23,439 nucleotides of DNA. It comes from an uncultured bacterium. GTDB lineage: Bacteria > CSSED10-310 > CAZUFC01. The stretch spans positions 1 through 23,439 of the forward strand of contig CAZUFC010000125.1 in assembly GCA_964619725.1 (NCBI GenBank), written 5' to 3'. This document shows, one piece after another, positions 1 through 8,382 of this stretch. Within the stretch, counting starts at the first letter, position 1. The number at the start of each line of letters is the position of its first letter. A model generated the notes under the pieces. It was not told the origin of the DNA, made no database searches, and saw only the letters and a program-made list of their open reading frames with translations. The position numbers and the translations under genes are program-made.

Positions 1-53
1 GTGACTGTCCAGCATTAAATTTTGAATCGACAATCGAGTTTGTGGACAGTCAC
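1..53. repeat. Miniature inverted-repeat element (MITE-like), copy 1, possibly truncated by the window edge
   Basis: 11-bp inverted repeats GTGACTGTCCA (1-11) and TGGACAGTCAC (43-53), followed by TAG. The reverse complement matches 8281-8333 at 49/53 nt. Confidence 0.75.
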
Positions 54-164
54 TAGGCAGGGGTTACGACCTGGATAATCCTCGAGAGACTTTTTTCCAC
101 AAGCCGATAGAATCGAATCAAACGGTTTTTTAGACGAAATTCGTAACCCTTTTTCGACGGCTGA

Positions 165-3038
165 TCAATAATAATCGAAACCGACGGAATCGATTTCCCC
201 GTAGACTTCCGCCGAGGCTGGAAGAACAAAACCTGACCAGAAGAAGATGTTTTCTCCAGTACCGGCGTTTTCGGGCCAAACGAAGTTCAATATATTTTCT
301 TTGGGTCGGGCGCCGCAATTAAGGATTATCGGCCTGCAGGAGATTTCCGTGGACCAGTCAGGCCAGAACCAGTAGGAGCCGTAAACGTCGAGGATAATGT
401 AATGGTCGACCGAAGCGGGTTCGCCGGCATTCATGCAGGTGCAGGCGAGCAGGAAGGGATCGCCGCCGGCATAAGCTTCTCGGTTTAGTTCAAGAAGAGG
501 AACCGTGCGATCGACGACTGGAGTATAAGTGGTTATGACGGTAGGAGTCGGAGAATCGTTCGGAGTGAAAACGGGGGTGTTTGTCGGCGCCTGGGAAGGG
601 GCTGACGTCGGTGCGGCAGTAGGCGCTTCAGTGAATACGGGAGATGCCGTATTAGCCGGCGTGCAGGTGAGGACGACCGTAGGGTTTCCGGTTGGTTCAG
701 CAGTCGGAGAAGGCGTTGGTTCAGGCGTTGCGGTCACCGGGGCTTCAAACGGTTTGGAAGCTTCATAGATGTTCCAGTATCCGTCATTCAGAGCAGCGTA
801 GCCGACATGGAGGAGATCATCGTTTCCGTATCTTGCGGACGGCGCCGAATAGCATGTTACGGCGGAAGTAACGTTCTCCGCCGGCGAAAACTGTGTTCCG
901 TTCCAGCATGCATGCTTCAAAATATATCCCAGTTGATTTTTTTCACGCCAGACCAGCTCGACATTTCCAGTCGGGTTATTAAATGCGCATACGAATGATG
1001 AACGATCTGAGCATGGCGTTTCATAACAGGCAAATTCTGTTCCCTCTCTTTTGTAACCCATGATTTTAACGGCGTCTTCGACGCGCTGACGAACGAATAT
1101 CCAGAGCGACCCTTCAGCATCGAAGACTGGAGTCGGCAGGTAAAGCCTTTCATCAGAGGGTATTTCGATTATGTCGCCCCAAACGCCTTGAAAAATTCTG
1201 AAGCAGGCATGAACGCCCAGGTCGTCAAACCGGTTCCAGGCGACGGCTACGGTCTGGCCGTCATCATCGAGAGCCAAGCGAGGATAGAAGCAGTTTATTC
1301 CATCAGAAGATAAGGTTGCGGCTGCATCCCAGGACTGGCCGTTACGACGCCTGGATTCGATAGAGAAGCAGGCGTTTTTTTCTATCTGCCAGACGGCCAT
1401 CATATCTCCTGATGCCAAAATCGCCAGGCTGGGATGCATGGCGTAATCTTCATATGAAGTAAGGCTGCCGTGACCGCTTATGCTGTCGTTAGTGTAAGTC
1501 GCCCACTCTATGCTCTGGTTGTGGTCGTGCCGTGATGTGCTCCATAGAATCAACGCGGAATCGTCGCCCGTGGGTTGTATCGCCGGGTACCAGTCCCAGT
1601 AGTAATGGTAATAGACATTGACAGGCGAGCCGAAGATGCAGCCCTGGCTGCGAATGTAATAAGTGGAGGCTCGACAGGCTTCGGAAGTGTCGAAAACCAT
1701 CCACACGTCCGCTCCCCATGTGCGAAGACTGACATGGCCGTTGCAGTAGAGGTTACTCAGCAGACATTGTTCGCTGAAATCCGTCTCCGGCATCGGCTCG
1801 TTCCTGCTTCCTCTTTTTCCGGGTTCCATGACATGCAGCGAGGGGTCGCCCAGCATCACCATGCCGGAATGCCATTCGTAATTCCAACTTTGCCCCCACC
1901 AATGGCGCATTCCTTCCCCTACAACCTCGCCTTCGCCGATTTCCTGATAAGCCGATTGAAGGTCCATCTCATACATCAGCTTTGTACTGCCGAACGCGAA
2001 AAGCGCCTTGCTCTCTCCAAAAATATACCAGTTGGCCATATTGTCCATTTCTATCCACCGGGCGTTGCTGCAGCCGTTCGTCGTGATGAAGTAGGTTTCA
2101 ACCGGTTCAGCCGCTATCTCCATATTGAAGACTGTGCCCTCGCCGTGATCGTTGCTGTTGTTGTAAAGAAAAGTGTTGCCCCAGGGCGAGGAATGACCGA
2201 GGACATGGACCCAGGAATAACCCTGGTGGAGTTTTTGCTTATAATTGTAAGCATTGGTTTCCTGAGTCGAATTGATGTTATCCGTTACGGGAAATATTTC
2301 TTCGAGATGCGCTGTGGGTCCCCAGCCGTCGTCAATGAAGCTGAGTCCCTTGTACGGCAGTTCTATCGTTCCGGTCCTGTAGGCATGGTTTCTGTCGAAA
2401 TACTCCTGAAGCAGAAAGATGGGATCGTCCCAGGTCAGGTTTTCCGTATAAAGTCGACCGACCCATATTTCCGGCGCTGCAGAGTTCATGTCGTCATAAA
2501 CCCCGTCGCCGTTGCTGTCGGTCCACGTCCCGTTCATGTCGCTCAGGAACAGGTCTATCGGATAACAGACATCATAACCCCACATGTAATCCGTCCACGC
2601 GAAAGGTATATCGCCTACCAGCAAGGCTCCGACCACACCGTTGGAATACCCGGACTGCAAAAGAGCCCGTAACGCCTCAACCGTCCCGGACTCCCAGAGA
2701 TACAGTTCACTGGCAAGCCCTTCATTCAGTAGATCGCCCTGATATCTTGTCAGGCGGTCGTTGAGGTTATCATATATCGTACTGTTCACTACTACATAAA
2801 CCATGGGATCGCGATGACCGGAACGACTCGGATACGGCGTTTCCAGCCGGCGGAAAACGGTTTCGCCGGTTACAGGATGACGCTTCAGATACTCGGCGCG
2901 GGAAGTCAACGCCCGGTTAAACGGGTCGGCAGGAGATATCAAACGCCGGGATGATCCGGGCGCAGAATCTTCCGCTCTTGATGCGGATATGCCGCCGATC
3001 AGCAGGATTACTGCCAGACTTGCATATATTGATTTCAT
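165..3038 (-). CDS. Secreted C25 (gingipain-like) cysteine peptidase with a probable beta-propeller region, Pro/Thr linker and conserved C-terminal domain
   Basis: Signal peptide (MKSIYASLAVILLIGGISASRA). C25-type motifs LLVGDIP, PEIWVGRL, HVLGHSS (catalytic His), TNGCSN (catalytic Cys) and LGDPSL. Repeated beta-rich segments follow, then a TPEPTPSPT linker and a ~110-aa C-terminal domain homologous to that of 19486-20646. Confidence 0.8.
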   Translation of the reverse strand: MKSIYASLAVILLIGGISASRAEDSAPGSSRRLISPADPFNRALTSRAEYLKRHPVTGETVFRRLETPYPSRSGHRDPMVYVVVNSTIYDNLNDRLTRYQGDLLNEGLASELYLWESGTVEALRALLQSGYSNGVVGALLVGDIPFAWTDYMWGYDVCYPIDLFLSDMNGTWTDSNGDGVYDDMNSAAPEIWVGRLYTENLTWDDPIFLLQEYFDRNHAYRTGTIELPYKGLSFIDDGWGPTAHLEEIFPVTDNINSTQETNAYNYKQKLHQGYSWVHVLGHSSPWGNTFLYNNSNDHGEGTVFNMEIAAEPVETYFITTNGCSNARWIEMDNMANWYIFGESKALFAFGSTKLMYEMDLQSAYQEIGEGEVVGEGMRHWWGQSWNYEWHSGMVMLGDPSLHVMEPGKRGSRNEPMPETDFSEQCLLSNLYCNGHVSLRTWGADVWMVFDTSEACRASTYYIRSQGCIFGSPVNVYYHYYWDWYPAIQPTGDDSALILWSTSRHDHNQSIEWATYTNDSISGHGSLTSYEDYAMHPSLAILASGDMMAVWQIEKNACFSIESRRRNGQSWDAAATLSSDGINCFYPRLALDDDGQTVAVAWNRFDDLGVHACFRIFQGVWGDIIEIPSDERLYLPTPVFDAEGSLWIFVRQRVEDAVKIMGYKREGTEFACYETPCSDRSSFVCAFNNPTGNVELVWREKNQLGYILKHACWNGTQFSPAENVTSAVTCYSAPSARYGNDDLLHVGYAALNDGYWNIYEASKPFEAPVTATPEPTPSPTAEPTGNPTVVLTCTPANTASPVFTEAPTAAPTSAPSQAPTNTPVFTPNDSPTPTVITTYTPVVDRTVPLLELNREAYAGGDPFLLACTCMNAGEPASVDHYIILDVYGSYWFWPDWSTEISCRPIILNCGARPKENILNFVWPENAGTGENIFFWSGFVLPASAEVYGEIDSVGFDYY

Positions 3039-3430
3039 TTTTTCTTCCTTTCAGATTAATGACAAGACCGCTCCGAATTCCGGTCGAAAAAACAGTTGCA
3101 ATCAGATTCGAATAACCTTTTATAAAGATATCATCCTAACCTCAGGCTCGAAATGACGAGCCGTCGGTTCACCTGTTATGGTTTTATTCACCTGAAAACC
3201 GTTTGTCAAAGTATCCCGATTTTCATTCTCCCGTTTTAACCGGCGCTGCTGCAATATCCTGCGAGTGATTATTGCCAGGGGATCAGCGAGGGGGTCAGAG
3301 CCCTTCGCAAACCAACAGAATAGAACAGAACATCCGGTATCCGGCGCAAAATGGTTGACTTCATAAAACAAATCATGTTTGTATAATTTGATTTGATTTT
3401 CCTTCGATATGATCAACAGAACGGGGAGCT

Positions 3431-3820
3431 TTGAACAAGGTGGAAAAAACAGCAAAAAATGCTGAAAATGCAAGTAAAAAAGATATAGAATCGCGGCCGT
3501 GGGGATTTTTTCAGATTCTTTCTGATGAAAGCGATCACAAAGTTAAAAGAATTACGGTGAAACCGGCGAAAAGATTGAGTCTCCAGAGTCATAGAAGACG
3601 GCAGGAGCACTGGTACATTGTTTCCGGAAAAGGAAGGATGACGCTGGATGACGATGATTTTCGCGTCAAATCCGGCGATTCCGTCGATATCGCAAAAGGA
3701 GCGGCTCATCGCATTGAGAATATAGGCGAGGAAAACCTGGTTTTTGTTGAAATTCAGATAGGCGATTATTTCGGCGAAGACGACATTGTGCGTTATGAAG
3801 ACGATTATGGCCGGGCATGA
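3431..3820 (+). CDS. Stand-alone phosphomannose isomerase type II C-terminal cupin domain protein
   Basis: RPWG, KVKRITVKP, LSLQSH..RQEHW, HRIEN and EIQIGDYFGEDDIVRYEDDYGR match the ManC/PMI-II cupin. TTG start with a GGGGAG RBS. Confidence 0.9.
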   Translation: MNKVEKTAKNAENASKKDIESRPWGFFQILSDESDHKVKRITVKPAKRLSLQSHRRRQEHWYIVSGKGRMTLDDDDFRVKSGDSVDIAKGAAHRIENIGEENLVFVEIQIGDYFGEDDIVRYEDDYGRA

Positions 3821-4050
3821 TGAGATCGCCGTCGTAATTTGAAAGTTAATAGACTGATTTTCAGAATCGGACTGCAGCTCCAGGCTGCTTGTTACTCTCA
3901 GGATTATGAAACCAAAGCCCTGAAATTCATCAGCATTCAAACCAGTTAAGGTTTTCCGGCTTTAGACGAGAAAAGGTAATATTGACCCCCTGAATTTGAT
4001 GCTGAAGTGCAAAAGGCAATGAAAGTTTGACCTATAAAATGGAATAACTA

Positions 4051-5556
4051 ATGCAAGGCGTAGGCAGGAAAGCAGTAAGCGGTACGTTGTGGACGCTGAG
4101 CACTCAATTGCTGTCCGCTCTGGTCGGCGGTCTGGCCATTATTGTGCTGGCTCGACTTCTGGGGCCTGAAGAATACGGACTGCTTCCCCTGGTGAACAGC
4201 ATAATCGTCATTACGATAATCCTCACCGATCTGGGGTTATCGGTATCCACCGCTCGTTATATCGCACAATCGCGCAGTAAAGGGCCGGCGGTTCAGAAAA
4301 GAATACTGGTCGACGGCTTCAAGCTTCTGCTTTTGACCACTTCGCTCGGCGCCGGATTCTGTGCGGTTTTCGCTCATCCTTTGTCCCGGTTATTCGAGGA
4401 ACCCCGGCTGGCGCCTCTGTTGCCTGTGGCCGCCCTTCTTCTGTTGGGACGCGGGATGATGAAGTTTTTTGCACGCACTTTCCAGGGGTATCATGACTTC
4501 AGGCGTTCCGGTCTGACCAATAATGCTGCCGAGACGTTAATCGGCGTTTGTTCCGTCCTGCCCGTTCTTTTCGGGGCCGGAGTTTACGGGGCTCTATGGG
4601 GCCGGTCCGCAGGTTCTCTTTTGGGACTGATTCCTGCGGCAATCCTGATGTATTTCTTTCATGTCCGCAACCTGCCCACAGAAAAAGAATCATACTACGG
4701 CCGGTTAATCGTTTATGGCTTGCCCCTTATTCTAACCACCAGCAGTTTCTTTATTTTTACTCAAAGCGGCATCCTGATACTTGGTTTTCTCATGGACAGC
4801 AAATCCGTCGCTTATTACAGCCTTCCCCTCTCATTCATCATAAAAATACAGATTCCCGCCATCGCCCTGGGCAATTCCGTCGGCCCCATTCTGGGCAGCC
4901 TGTTTCAGGAGCATGATGAATTCAAGACAGCCCGCTTGTATCATTACGGGACCAAATATATTCTATCGCTTTATATTCCCGTTTCGATCATATGGGCTAT
5001 GCTTGCCGAACATATCGTCCTTCTGCTTTTCGGGGAGGCTTATTTGCCTGCTGTACCCATTTTTCGAATTTTTACTATTCTTTTGTTCGGTTTCGCCCTG
5101 TACGGTTTCGTCAATCCCGTTTTCGATTTTATGGGTAAAGCGTTTTTCAGGGCTGCCGTCATCTTTGTCCTGGCGCTAATCAATGTTTTACTCAATTTCG
5201 TCCTCATCCCCCGCTGGGGTATAAACGGAGCGGCCTGGGCCGTTCAGATCAGTTTCCTTCCGGCCGTCATACTTTTTTTCGTGATGGGCGGAAAATTATG
5301 CCGTTGTCCTTTAAAAGACAGATTAGAAGAAATGGCCGGGTTGGCGACTGCCGGCATCATTATGGCTGTTGTTCTATGCCTTCTTGTTTCCAATCAGAAT
5401 AATCCGATAATCCTGAGCCTGGCGGCGACATTTTCACTTGCTGTTTATATGTTACTGCTTTTAGCCTTTAAAGTCGTTACCCTGAAAGAAATCAGACAGG
5501 TATTTTTAGAACGGAGATTGGACTTTTCCGCGTATGGATCAAATGAACATTTTTGA
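4051..5556 (+). CDS. Oligosaccharide flippase (Wzx/PST family, MOP superfamily)
   Basis: 501 aa with about 14 hydrophobic segments. Motifs LARLLGPEEYGL, DLGLS...RYIAQ, LFGEAYLPAVP and NVLLNFVLIPRWGINGAAWA. Confidence 0.9.
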   Translation: MQGVGRKAVSGTLWTLSTQLLSALVGGLAIIVLARLLGPEEYGLLPLVNSIIVITIILTDLGLSVSTARYIAQSRSKGPAVQKRILVDGFKLLLLTTSLGAGFCAVFAHPLSRLFEEPRLAPLLPVAALLLLGRGMMKFFARTFQGYHDFRRSGLTNNAAETLIGVCSVLPVLFGAGVYGALWGRSAGSLLGLIPAAILMYFFHVRNLPTEKESYYGRLIVYGLPLILTTSSFFIFTQSGILILGFLMDSKSVAYYSLPLSFIIKIQIPAIALGNSVGPILGSLFQEHDEFKTARLYHYGTKYILSLYIPVSIIWAMLAEHIVLLLFGEAYLPAVPIFRIFTILLFGFALYGFVNPVFDFMGKAFFRAAVIFVLALINVLLNFVLIPRWGINGAAWAVQISFLPAVILFFVMGGKLCRCPLKDRLEEMAGLATAGIIMAVVLCLLVSNQNNPIILSLAATFSLAVYMLLLLAFKVVTLKEIRQVFLERRLDFSAYGSNEHF

Positions 5557-5566
5557 GCAATTCCAA

Positions 5567-6295
5567 TCAGTCCATAGGCTTTTCTCGATGAGTTTTCCAG
5601 CGTTCCATCTGTTCTTTGAATTCTCTGACTGCTTTGGGACCGTTCCTCTCCAATGCCTTTAAAAAGGCCGTCAAATTCCCGGTCCGGAATTCCATGCGAT
5701 GAACATTAAACGGCGTTCTGTTTTTTTGCGCTCCATGCAGCTTATTGGGCTTTACGAGATTCTCCAGGGCAGATTCGATACTGGCGGAATTTGTCCAATC
5801 GGCCTTATATAACGGCCTGCCTCTTCTGTCCAGAATCCAGGACATATTCGGCATTGAACCATAGGATATGTGACAGTCGCCGGATAACCTGTCGACCAAT
5901 ACAGGTCTTTCAATGTTAAAAATGTCCTTGAACGCAAGCGCATGCTGTATTTTTTGCTCCATTGTACGATGATGAGGATAATATTCGCCGGGATGCGCTT
6001 CATGCGTGTAAATAAAAATCGATGCAACCTTGTGCCGCTTGTATTTTTTCGCCAGTTCATCCATGGATGGACCCGCCATCCCGCAATACGGTCACGTCAG
6101 ACTGCCGAACTCGATTACTGTAAAAACGTTTTTGCGTCGGATATCGGAAAGTTTTACCGCATGCCCGTCAAGCGTGGTCAAAGTATGATCCGGCGCCGGC
6201 GATCCCAGCCGGGGACTTTCATCAAACCTCATCCAACGTTCAAACTTCTCATCCACAAATTCGTCGTAATTGTATTTCGCTATCATGTCGCTCAA
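5567..6295 (-). CDS. Iodothyronine deiodinase-like thioredoxin-fold selenoprotein (Sec at TGA 6094-6092), about 242 aa
   Basis: ORFs 6092-6352 and 5567-6079 are in the same frame, joined by TGA-CCG-TAT-TGC-GGG, which gives G.PAPD..L..LDG...EFGSLT-U-PYC...FIYTHEAHPGE...VLVDRL...YGSMPN. This matches the deiodinase FGSxTUP / YxxEAH pattern. Likely TTG start at 6295 after AAGGAGG. Confidence 0.85.
6061..6094 (-). promoter_or_regulatory. Putative bacterial SECIS element
   Basis: On the mRNA, UGA is followed after 10 nt by a perfect stem GGAUGG/CCAUCC with a G-rich loop CGGGU (plus-strand 6065-6081). A lower stem CCGU/AUGG is possible. Confidence 0.65.
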
Positions 6296-6433
6296 GTTCA
6301 CCTCCTTGACTTCCTTCACATTATTTTCCCATTGATGTTCGACAACCGTCAATACTCATTTTTAAACACGAACTCGTCTACTTTTCGTGGATCGAGACAC
6401 ACGATTATGATGTAAATTAATCTGTGGTTTTTC

Positions 6434-6464
6434 TTGACGACACATCTATTAAATTTGATATACT
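6434..6464 (+). promoter_or_regulatory. Putative sigma70 promoter for the 4Fe-4S/HMA operon
   Basis: TTGACG (6434-6439) and an extended -10, TGATATACT (6456-6464). The 19-nt spacing is long. Confidence 0.35.
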
Positions 6465-6620
6465 GTAGCCCCGGCATGGCATCAGGTTGCCGGGCTGCAT
6501 TATCGGAATTGAGGAAACGGATAGTGCGAGAGGAAAATTTATATTTTGCCTGAGGTGTAACGACGGCTGAAATGCACCTGGGGTACCTTTGAAGAAAACA
6601 AAGCCGGCCTGATTGATGAA

Positions 6621-7862
6621 ATGAACAGACACACCAAGCTTATCAGAAGAATTTTCCAGGTAGCGCTTTTGTCGGCTGTACTGATTGCCGGCGCTCGCTA
6701 CGCTCTGGGAATGAGCCGAACGAGTATTGAAACTTATTGCCCTTTCGGAGGGTTGGAAACCGCATTATCTCTGTTCACCCAAAAACAGTTCGCCTGTGCT
6801 GCCGGCGAAAGAAATTTCGCTTTATTCGTTGCATTGCTTATGCTTACTTTTTTAGCCCGAAAATCATTCTGCAGTTGGCTCTGTCCCGTTGGAACAGTAT
6901 CTGAGTTTTTAACGCGTGCTGCACGCAGAGTATTCCGTAAAAAGCGCAGGGATAAATCAGGCCATAGGCTGTACGCATTTGAACCGAGTCGCCGTCTTGA
7001 TTATTACTTGAGATTCCTGAGAATTCCCGTACTGATTCTGATCCTTTATTTCACTTATCGAACAGGAGAATTAATTTTCAGGGGATATGATCCTTACTAT
7101 ATTCTGTTCAGTTTTCACGGTCATGACGTCAGGTTGTGGAGTTATGGCGTCATTGCCCTGGTTCTCGCCGCCGTATTCGTTTTTCCCATGAGCTGGTGCC
7201 GGTATTTATGTCCTTTAGGCGTCAGCCTGGCGCCCTTCTCGGCATTCGGCAGGTTTCGCATCCGGCGGGACAGCGATTCCTGCAACAATTGCCGGGCCTG
7301 CGACAAGGCGTGCCTTCATTCGCTTAGGGTTTCTGATGTCAATGAAGTTAAATCCGCCGAATGCACCCTATGCCTGGAATGCGTTTCAGCCTGTAAGTCC
7401 TCTCGTTCTCTTTCTTTGAAATTCAGGTTTTTCCGTCTCTTCAGCATTTCACATAAATCAATTCCCGTCATGATCATCGCTTTAACGGCCCTGGGGCTTT
7501 TGGCCGCCCGAAGTTTTTCCGTCCCCAGCGTTGATCTCGAATTTCACCGGAATGCTGCTGACGTCGATGATAAAAGTATCCGCTCAACAGAGTTTATCGT
7601 TGATGGCGTCAAATGCGTCGATACGGCTCTTTCTGCAGCTTCAACGCTTGAAACCCTCGAAGGCGTTCTTGCTTTTAAGGCGTTCGCTTCTTACAATAGA
7701 ATAATCGTCGACCATGATCCGGCGACGACTGATACGGAAGAAATAATCGAGGCCATTGAAGGTCCGGTTTATGATGAGGAAACTAATGAGTTTTATTTTA
7801 ACCTCTTCACCATTCTGAAAGTAGACGGAGAGGATGTTGATTCATTAAACAGGAGGAATTAG
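6621..7862 (+). CDS. Membrane 4Fe-4S binding protein (NapH/MauN/YccM-like) with a C-terminal HMA-like domain
   Basis: ETYCPFGGLE, FCSWLCPVG, WCRYLCPLG, two ferredoxin motifs (CNNCRACDKAC, CTLCLECVSAC) and several TM helices. The C-terminal FIVDGVKCVDT...LEGV...DPATTDTEEIIEAIE resembles an HMA fold. Confidence 0.85.
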   Translation: MNRHTKLIRRIFQVALLSAVLIAGARYALGMSRTSIETYCPFGGLETALSLFTQKQFACAAGERNFALFVALLMLTFLARKSFCSWLCPVGTVSEFLTRAARRVFRKKRRDKSGHRLYAFEPSRRLDYYLRFLRIPVLILILYFTYRTGELIFRGYDPYYILFSFHGHDVRLWSYGVIALVLAAVFVFPMSWCRYLCPLGVSLAPFSAFGRFRIRRDSDSCNNCRACDKACLHSLRVSDVNEVKSAECTLCLECVSACKSSRSLSLKFRFFRLFSISHKSIPVMIIALTALGLLAARSFSVPSVDLEFHRNAADVDDKSIRSTEFIVDGVKCVDTALSAASTLETLEGVLAFKAFASYNRIIVDHDPATTDTEEIIEAIEGPVYDEETNEFYFNLFTILKVDGEDVDSLNRRN

Positions 7863-7863
7863 G

Positions 7864-8277
7864 ATGTTTACAAGAAAAGCTCTGATCATTACTGTCGTTT
7901 TGGTTTTAGGAATAACTTTCTGCGCATTTGCGGACGATAAGGCGCTTAACGAAAAAAAATCGAAAGAAGGCGATGGCCTGGTTACTATGGCTGTTTTCAA
8001 AACCCCGGAAATAGATAAAGACAAAGCCGTTGAAATATCCAAATCGCTTTCAGATGAAAAAGGCGTTATAAGCGCCAGACCTGACCTGAAAAAGGGGAAA
8101 TTTTCCGTTGTTTTTGACCAGAAAATTATCGATTCCAAAAAAGTTCTGAATATTGTTCAGGACGTCGTTCAAAACGCTGAATTAGATGACGAAAAGAAGG
8201 TTAAAGGGGACAGGTTCAAAAGAGACTGCGGCAAGTGTCCCCATAGAAAAACGTGCGCTGAGGCGGGGAAAAAATAG
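7864..8277 (+). CDS. Small exported protein with an HMA-like fold and a C-terminal Cys cluster
   Basis: AGGAGG upstream and a signal peptide ending AFA. The GVISARPDLKKGKFSVVFDQKIIDSKKVL pattern is typical of ferredoxin/HMA folds. C-terminal CGKCPHRKTC. Starts 1 nt after the upstream stop. Confidence 0.65.
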   Translation: MFTRKALIITVVLVLGITFCAFADDKALNEKKSKEGDGLVTMAVFKTPEIDKDKAVEISKSLSDEKGVISARPDLKKGKFSVVFDQKIIDSKKVLNIVQDVVQNAELDDEKKVKGDRFKRDCGKCPHRKTCAEAGKK

Positions 8278-8280
8278 TTA

Positions 8281-8348
8281 GCGCCTGTCCATAAACTCGA
8301 TTGTCGATTCAAAATTTAATGCTGGACAGCCACTGCGGTTTATGGACA
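8281..8348. repeat. Miniature inverted-repeat element (MITE-like), copy 2
   Basis: 8281-8333 is the reverse complement of 1-53 with 4 mismatches. There is an additional outer IR, TGTCCATAAAC (8286-8296) / GTTTATGGACA (8338-8348). Confidence 0.75.
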
Positions 8349-8382
8349 AAAATAAGTTATTGTAGAAGCGCCGGAATTATTG

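Noticed and set aside
130-318. Arg-rich 62-aa ORF and other short ORFs overlapping long genes
   Set aside because: Alternative-frame or antisense ORFs inside well-supported CDSs.
1575-2672. 365-aa plus-strand ORF
   Set aside because: Antisense shadow of the C25 peptidase gene, with no recognisable motifs.
3413-3940. 175-aa minus-strand ORF
   Set aside because: Antisense to the clearly recognisable cupin gene.
5567-6352. Two separate genes, or a nonsense pseudogene
   Set aside because: The single TGA falls at the catalytic Sec/Cys position, in frame, with a SECIS-like hairpin, so read-through is the better explanation.
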